Positions 58,986 to 64,000 of a DNA stretch of 64,000 nt are shown piece by piece; position 1 is the first letter of the stretch, and every line of letters starts with the position of its first letter. The notes below the pieces were generated by a model. That model was not told the DNA's origin and did no database searches. It saw nothing but the letters and a program-made list of their open reading frames with translations. This stretch comes from an uncultured bacterium (GTDB lineage: Bacteria > Krumholzibacteriota > Krumholzibacteriia > LZORAL124-64-63): assembly GCA_963727525.1 (NCBI GenBank), contig CAVSGO010000007.1, positions 1,440,001 through 1,504,000 of the forward strand, in the 5' to 3' direction. Made by a program: the position numbers and the translations under genes.

Positions 58986-59609
58986 ATGGACGGTGACGAT
59001 CGCTTCCCCACTCCGCCGTCTCCCCAACGAGACGATCCGGACTCGACCCACGTGAATGCGCCGGGACCGCTGGAACCCGTCGAGCCACCCCAGGCTGCGC
59101 CCGCGGTCCCGCCCGTGCTCGGCGTGGTCGTCATCTATTCCGAAACCCACGAATCGGCGGCCGAGAACGACACGCGGCTCGGCTGCGTGTATCCACTACG
59201 CGAGGGCGAGGTTCTCGCCGTGGGCCGCACTCCGGTCCCGAAGAACGTGACGCGAAGCGACGGCGACACCGTCGCTCCCACCCACCGCCATGTCTTCCCG
59301 CACGGGGAACCATTCCGGTGCGTCTCGCGGTTACACGTCACGATCGAGTTGCAGCCCGGCGGCAAGGCCATCCTGGCGGATCACTCGCGATACGGGATCT
59401 ACCTGGAGAACGCCGAGACCTGGCACCGCCTCCCCGCCACCGAGAAGACGGCCGTGCACACCATCACCGAGCCTGAACATGTGGTGCTCATGGATCTCGA
59501 GGGCAAACCGGCCCGGCCCGACCTCGCCGATCGCCGCAGCCACTACCGCCTCTCGATCCTGCACTTCGCCTGGCTCGGCGCCGGTGCGCGCCAGGAGGCG
59601 CATTCATGA
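58986..59609 (+). CDS. FHA-domain protein
   Basis: Pro-rich N-terminus; VGR, VSRLH, DHSRYG motifs in FHA order. Confidence 0.7.
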   Translation: MDGDDRFPTPPSPQRDDPDSTHVNAPGPLEPVEPPQAAPAVPPVLGVVVIYSETHESAAENDTRLGCVYPLREGEVLAVGRTPVPKNVTRSDGDTVAPTHRHVFPHGEPFRCVSRLHVTIELQPGGKAILADHSRYGIYLENAETWHRLPATEKTAVHTITEPEHVVLMDLEGKPARPDLADRRSHYRLSILHFAWLGAGARQEAHS

Positions 59610-60148
59610 GATGTTCCGCCTGCTATGCCGAGAATCCCCCGTGGGCCACGATCTGCACGGACTGTGGCAAAGCCGTACTGCGCCTCGAGTTCTGCGCGGG
59701 CGGCCACCTCCTGCCGCCCGGAGCCCAGGAATGCCCCGTCTGCCCGCACCTGTGGCCCGAGGTCACCGCATTCGACGGCGCACCTCTCCTGCGGGGGATC
59801 CTCCTGGTTGAGAAGGGGCGGCTGACGAACGCCGACGACCCGGCCGATTACCTGCCCTACGTCGAGATCCGCGATCGCGAGCAACCGCTCGTACTGACGC
59901 ACGCACCCAATGAGCAGGTCACGATCGCCAATGACGACGCCGCCGGAACCTGCCGCGTCCTGATGCGGCCGGAGGGCGTGCAGGTCTGCGGTGCCGGCTT
60001 CGCGCACGAGCACGCGGGCCCACGCGTCTACAAGGCGCTCGGGCCGGACGACACCTTCGTTCTCGGGACCACCACGTTCCGCCACATCGCGTTCGACCCG
60101 CCCGCCTGGTCGGTGAAACTGGCGGAGAGTCGGCACCCGGACGGCTGA
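59606..60148 (+). CDS. Double zinc-ribbon protein with degenerate FHA-like C-terminus
   Basis: CSAC..ENP....CTDCG, C..GH......CPVC; LGPDDTFVLGTTTF final strands; ATGA overlap. Confidence 0.65.
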   Translation: MRCSACYAENPPWATICTDCGKAVLRLEFCAGGHLLPPGAQECPVCPHLWPEVTAFDGAPLLRGILLVEKGRLTNADDPADYLPYVEIRDREQPLVLTHAPNEQVTIANDDAAGTCRVLMRPEGVQVCGAGFAHEHAGPRVYKALGPDDTFVLGTTTFRHIAFDPPAWSVKLAESRHPDG

Positions 60149-60164
60149 GCAACCCGTCGCCGGG

Positions 60165-60608
60165 TCATGCCTCGTCGTCGCGCCGCTCAACGAGTGGCAG
60201 CAGCCGCGAATCCTCCAGCGCCGCTTGCCGGTGCCCCATCCCCGCCAGATACGCCTCGTTCGTCGCGAAGGCCAGGAAGTCCTGCGCACTGCGCTGACGC
60301 ACCAGCATCGCCGCGTCCCACCGTTCGGTGTCGGGCCCGATCAACCAGGGTCCGCCGTCGCCGAAAAATACGAGTTCCCCGCCCGACGCCTCCAGGAACG
60401 GCCGCGTGTGCGCCATGTACCGCGCATAGGCCTGCGCCCCGGTGATCGGCTCTGCCGGCGCCAGGTGCGGTGTCGCCGTGTAGTCGGCCACGGCGCGAAA
60501 ACGCAGCAGGTTCAGCATCACCACCTGCCCCTGTAGCCCCCGTGAGAAGAATGCACGCCCGGCCGTCGCGGTCGGTTCGATATAACGTAGCTCGTCATGG
60601 TCAGTCAT
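60165..60608 (-). CDS. DUF1330-type protein
   Basis: VVMLNLLRFR..ADY, G.QAY.RY, GG..VF.G, WD...LV, HR.AAL.DSRL. Confidence 0.85.
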   Translation of the reverse strand: MTDHDELRYIEPTATAGRAFFSRGLQGQVVMLNLLRFRAVADYTATPHLAPAEPITGAQAYARYMAHTRPFLEASGGELVFFGDGGPWLIGPDTERWDAAMLVRQRSAQDFLAFATNEAYLAGMGHRQAALEDSRLLPLVERRDDEA

Positions 60609-60639
60609 CACGCCTCCTCGATCGTGGTGCCGGCGCCAA

Positions 60640-61242
60640 TCAATCCCTCGCGGTCTCGTTGGCGCCGCACGAGCGCAAACGCATCAGGAACATCGCACTC
60701 AGCCCCACGAACCAGAGCGACCAGCCGGCATGAAAGAACCGCTGTTTCAGACCAGGGTACGCCGGAAACAGGTCCGGCGCGAAGGCCGTCAGCCCCAGTG
60801 CCATGACCACGAGACTGACCACGGCGATGGCCCGCAGCCCCACCAGCAACGGTGCCCGTCGCCACATGACGAGCGCCAGGGGCGGCGACAGCAGCAGCAA
60901 CCCCGACGGCGCGCCCAGCAATCCGTGAAGTCGATGGGGCATGGGGAAGATCGCCGCCCCCGCGATCGAGAACGTGAAGGACAGGATCAACAGCACGGGC
61001 GCCGCATCGATCCGCGCTCGCCGACATTCTCGCCACAGTCCCATGACGAACATCGCGCTCATCACGGCGCACACGAGCAAACCACCGGCGAACAACCACC
61101 GCGTCGGCGTCGCGGCGGCCCCCAGTTCGCTGACGAGGTTGCCGACGTGGCTGTACGTGCCGAACCGCGCCGCGCACATCCCCAACGTCATCCAGAACAC
61201 GATCGGCACGATGAAACCCGTCGCGAGGAGCGGTCTTCGCAT
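60640..61242 (-). CDS. DUF998 membrane protein
   Basis: YSH....VSELGA, FP....LH, GL.QR. Confidence 0.8.
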   Translation of the reverse strand: MRRPLLATGFIVPIVFWMTLGMCAARFGTYSHVGNLVSELGAAATPTRWLFAGGLLVCAVMSAMFVMGLWRECRRARIDAAPVLLILSFTFSIAGAAIFPMPHRLHGLLGAPSGLLLLSPPLALVMWRRAPLLVGLRAIAVVSLVVMALGLTAFAPDLFPAYPGLKQRFFHAGWSLWFVGLSAMFLMRLRSCGANETARD

Positions 61243-61265
61243 CGTGGGAACCTCGTATCCCTTCC

Positions 61266-61928
61266 TCACCACACCCCGGGCATGAGCCGATACGGCACGC
61301 GCGCGGCATACGCGGCATATCCCGGCAGATCCCGCAGCAGGAAACGATCCTCCCGGGCCGTGCGCCACACGAGAAGCCCAGCCGCCGCCACGCCCGGGAT
61401 CAGCGCCAGCCACGAACCCAGCGCCACCGGCGTGAGCAGGTTCACGGCGATCATCGCCGCATAGGCCGGATGCCGCACGGACGCATAGGGCCCGTCTGCC
61501 ACGACCACGTGCCCGCGTTCGGTCTGGATGCGCGCATGGCTCGAGAAGAACGCGTTCACCGCCATCGCCCGGTACGCCAGGAGGATCGCCGGCAACAGCA
61601 GCAAGAAGGCCAGGGCCGACATGCCGTCGGCCACCTTCCGCGCCGCGCCGAACCGGACCTCGAGCCCCGCCAGCACCACCATGGCCGGCGCCGCCAGGTT
61701 GAGCAGCGCCACGACCACGCGGTCCCAGGTCGGTGCCTGCGCGCCGGCGGTACGCCGCTCCTGTGCCAGCCCGTCGAAGCGCTCGACCGCACGGGCCGTG
61801 GCCGCCCCCAGCACGAGCATCACCGCCAGGATCAACCAGCCATTCCACCACGCGAGCGTCCCCGCGGCGCCGAACAGCAGCACCCCCATCCCCATCACGC
61901 CGACGGCGACCTTCAGACTCAGCCGCAT
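61266..61928 (-). CDS. Isoprenylcysteine carboxyl methyltransferase family protein
   Basis: N.FFS..RIQ.ERGH.VV..GPY..VRHP.Y, ED..L...LPGY..Y..RV.YRL.P. Confidence 0.9.
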   Translation of the reverse strand: MRLSLKVAVGVMGMGVLLFGAAGTLAWWNGWLILAVMLVLGAATARAVERFDGLAQERRTAGAQAPTWDRVVVALLNLAAPAMVVLAGLEVRFGAARKVADGMSALAFLLLLPAILLAYRAMAVNAFFSSHARIQTERGHVVVADGPYASVRHPAYAAMIAVNLLTPVALGSWLALIPGVAAAGLLVWRTAREDRFLLRDLPGYAAYAARVPYRLMPGVW

Positions 61929-61938
61929 GGGCCCTCGC

Positions 61939-62166
61939 TCACATCGTGTAGCCGGGTTTGCGAATCAATGTCTCGGCCTTGCCGACGATCTCGGGCCGGA
62001 ACACCTTCTCCGCCCACTCATCCTTCGGCACCTCCTCGATCGCCACCGTCACGACCTCCTCGCGACACCCGACCACCGCTACGACGTCTTTCACGATCAG
62101 ATCGGCAAGCCGCTCCATGTCTTCCGCGGTCTGCCCCGGCCACATCTTCACGATCACGTGCGGCAT
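61939..62166 (-). CDS. 4-oxalocrotonate tautomerase family protein
   Basis: N-terminal MP (catalytic Pro1) HVIVKMWPG, V.VAIEEV...W, KPGY. Confidence 0.9.
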   Translation of the reverse strand: MPHVIVKMWPGQTAEDMERLADLIVKDVVAVVGCREEVVTVAIEEVPKDEWAEKVFRPEIVGKAETLIRKPGYTM

Positions 62167-62235
62167 ACTGGTCTCCTTGGTCGCTGAACTGCAGGAACTC
62201 CACCGGCGCCCCGTCATTGCCGCGCTTCATCACAT

Positions 62236-62601
62236 TCATCCCGAGACTGCGGGCTTCACCTGCCCGATCCAGAGCCGATTGCCATCCGGATCGTCGATCC
62301 GAAATTCCACCATGCCGTAGAATGTGGTGTCGAGGTCCGGAACGGCCAGCCCGTTCCCTCGTACTTGCGCATGATACGCCTCAACGTCCTCTGGATACAG
62401 GTACAGGACCGACGAACGCAGCGACCCCGGATGTTGATTGATCGATTGATCCACCATCACCCGACACTCGTCCAGGCAAAGCATGGCCCAGCCCCAGCCG
62501 TCATCGCGCCGCTCCACGTCGAACCCGAGCTTCTGATAGAACTCCACGGCCTGCGGCATGCTCGCCACCGGCAACATGGGTATGAGTCGGTTCATCGTCA
62601 T
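62236..62601 (-). CDS. VOC/glyoxalase family protein
   Basis: P.LPV......EFY.KLGF, YGM.EF...DPDGN.L..G. Confidence 0.9.
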   Translation of the reverse strand: MTMNRLIPMLPVASMPQAVEFYQKLGFDVERRDDGWGWAMLCLDECRVMVDQSINQHPGSLRSSVLYLYPEDVEAYHAQVRGNGLAVPDLDTTFYGMVEFRIDDPDGNRLWIGQVKPAVSG

Positions 62602-62714
62602 CGGAATCCTCTCACCGTTTCGAAGTCCTCACAACGTTGCTGTAAACGTGCTGCGTCTAGCTGCGAACGGAACCGCCCCGGCAGACGACCTGGGAATCCG
62701 TCATCCCAAGCTCT

Positions 62715-62762
62715 TGCCCCACTTGACGACTGCCCCACCTGACGACTGCCCCACTTGACGAC
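62715..62762. repeat. 3 x 16-bp intergenic tandem repeat
   Basis: TGCCCCACTTGACGAC TGCCCCACCTGACGAC TGCCCCACTTGACGAC. Confidence 0.95.
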
Positions 62763-62791
62763 TATCGTCCGCTGCCCTCAATCTCAGGGAA

Positions 62792-63082
62792 TCAAAGAGG
62801 ATGCTTGTAGTCGACCTCGAAAGTCTGCTCCGTTGGAGGCGTCGTGAAGCCGCCGGACACGCCCTTCTGCAGCGCGGGCAACAAAGTCGTGTCGCGAAAC
62901 GAATCCCAGTTCTCCTTGGAATCGAAGATGGCGACGACCATCCAGCCGCCGTTCGTCGGCCCGGCAGCATGGAAGACCTGTCCCGCCGGGAGCACATCCT
63001 TGCCAGGGTGCGCGGCCGCGATCGACGCCTCGTACTGCTCCTTGGTACCACCGGCAAAGAAATGGACAATCCCGTATGCCAT
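62792..63082 (-). CDS. Small hypothetical protein (dimeric alpha-beta barrel-like)
   Basis: GAGGAGG RBS; GGT.EQY, P.G..FH.AGP...GW.VV..FDS.E.W..F. Confidence 0.7.
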   Translation of the reverse strand: MAYGIVHFFAGGTKEQYEASIAAAHPGKDVLPAGQVFHAAGPTNGGWMVVAIFDSKENWDSFRDTTLLPALQKGVSGGFTTPPTEQTFEVDYKHPL

Positions 63083-63129
63083 GTGAATCCTCCTCGTAGA
63101 CGGATTGAATGCGCAACAGGATCACGCCG

Positions 63130-63867
63130 TCAGACAATGCCGAGATCGCCCACTGGCCCTTCCCAGTCGCGCATCCGCTGTGCAGGAACGCGAGACGGAA
63201 GAATAGCGCCCCATGCCCCGTCCCGCTTCCCCCGCCTTCCCACCATCATCCGCCGAACGAATCGTCGTACAGGCACCGGCGTGGGGTCCGGCCGTCCATA
63301 GCATTGCTCGAAGAGGGACCGTTTCCATTTCTGCTCGTCGGTCATCGCCCCGCTGCGTCGCCGCTCGGCCTCGGCGAAGTGGATGATGAAGCTGGAGGGG
63401 CGATCGACGGTCGCGACGATCTCGTAGGGGAAGTACTGGGAGTGCTCGAAGGTGACGAGCCCGTCGATGGCGATGTCCACGAAGGGTGACGCCTGGGACA
63501 CCAGGTGTCGATGGAAGAGGATACAGTGTCGTCCGAGGCGAGCGAGGAGGTTGTCGACGGTCGTCGGCGAGGTGTCGAGGAACCCGGCGATCTGGCGATT
63601 GGCGGCGCCTGAGACGGCGTGCTTGTGGACCTTGGGCAGGAGATCGGCGCGTTTGAGCCAGTAGGTGGTGCGGAAGGTCTGGTCGGAGCAGGTCCTGCCG
63701 CAGGCCAGGCAGAGGTAGCGTTGGACGGTGTAGGGCGGGGACTTTCGGGAGAAGGTGCCGAAGAGCGCGAAGGGCCAGGGTTGGGGCTGAGGCTTGTGGT
63801 ATTTGCAGTTAGGGTTGGGGCAGCGGGGAGGAAGCGAGGGGCATGAAGTGAGGGTTTTGGTGTTCAT
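63130..63867 (-). mobile_element. Truncated IS1-like transposase (Zn ribbon + HTH + start of catalytic domain)
   Basis: CPNPNC..H, QRY.C..CGR, RQIA..L..S.TTV, IDG..TFEHS; family-like sequence appears to stop near GRPDP (about 63283). Confidence 0.6.
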
Positions 63868-64000
63868 GAGGACGGGTCCAGGCAAGCGCTGGACCCGTCA
63901 ACATTCTTCGTGGCACGTTATATCAAGAGACGCAAACGGCAGCAGCGATACTCGCGATATATTGAGCCTTGTCGACCAACCCGGCCTCGACCACGGCCCG

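Noticed and set aside
62602-62791. Integron attC site in the small-gene array
   Set aside because: No convincing RYYYAAC...GTTRRRY paired ends could be found by eye, most spacers in the array are too short, and no integrase is in the window

Overview
GC-rich bacterial DNA. The FlgD-Ig-tailed secreted protein, CsgG/TPR proteins and CHAT protein suggest an FCB-superphylum candidate lineage such as Krumholzibacteriota or Latescibacterota (inference only). Positions 1-20 kb hold housekeeping and envelope genes: the end of an M2 peptidase, a GntR/YtrA-ABC operon, Pmp3, a POT transporter, a degenerate chemoreceptor with FapA, a metal permease, an MFS transporter, an exported TPR-CHAT protease, an alpha-2-macroglobulin fragment and an LVIVD/FlgD protein. 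About 20.5-60.1 kb is a complete proteobacterial-type type VI secretion locus (tssA-M including hcp, vgrG and clpV, plus tagJ, tagF, DUF4150 PAAR, DUF2169, a PRK06147-like protein, TIGR02270, DUF6484 and an AHH nuclease/immunity pair). It has several non-canonical parts: (i) a zinc-finger kinase-like protein and an FHA-less Fha/TagH C-terminal protein at the head of the tssJKLM operon, faced by two divergently transcribed FHA-type genes; (ii) a Ser/Thr kinase-CsgG-TPR/CsgG-beta-barrel-lipoprotein module between vgrG and the effector genes; (iii) a TssB-TssC fusion paralogue. Two gene 3' ends, including their stop codons, are tandemly duplicated (4x12 bp and 3x13 bp). The window ends with small accessory genes and a truncated IS1-like transposase. 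All family calls come from motif recognition by eye; no searches were run.
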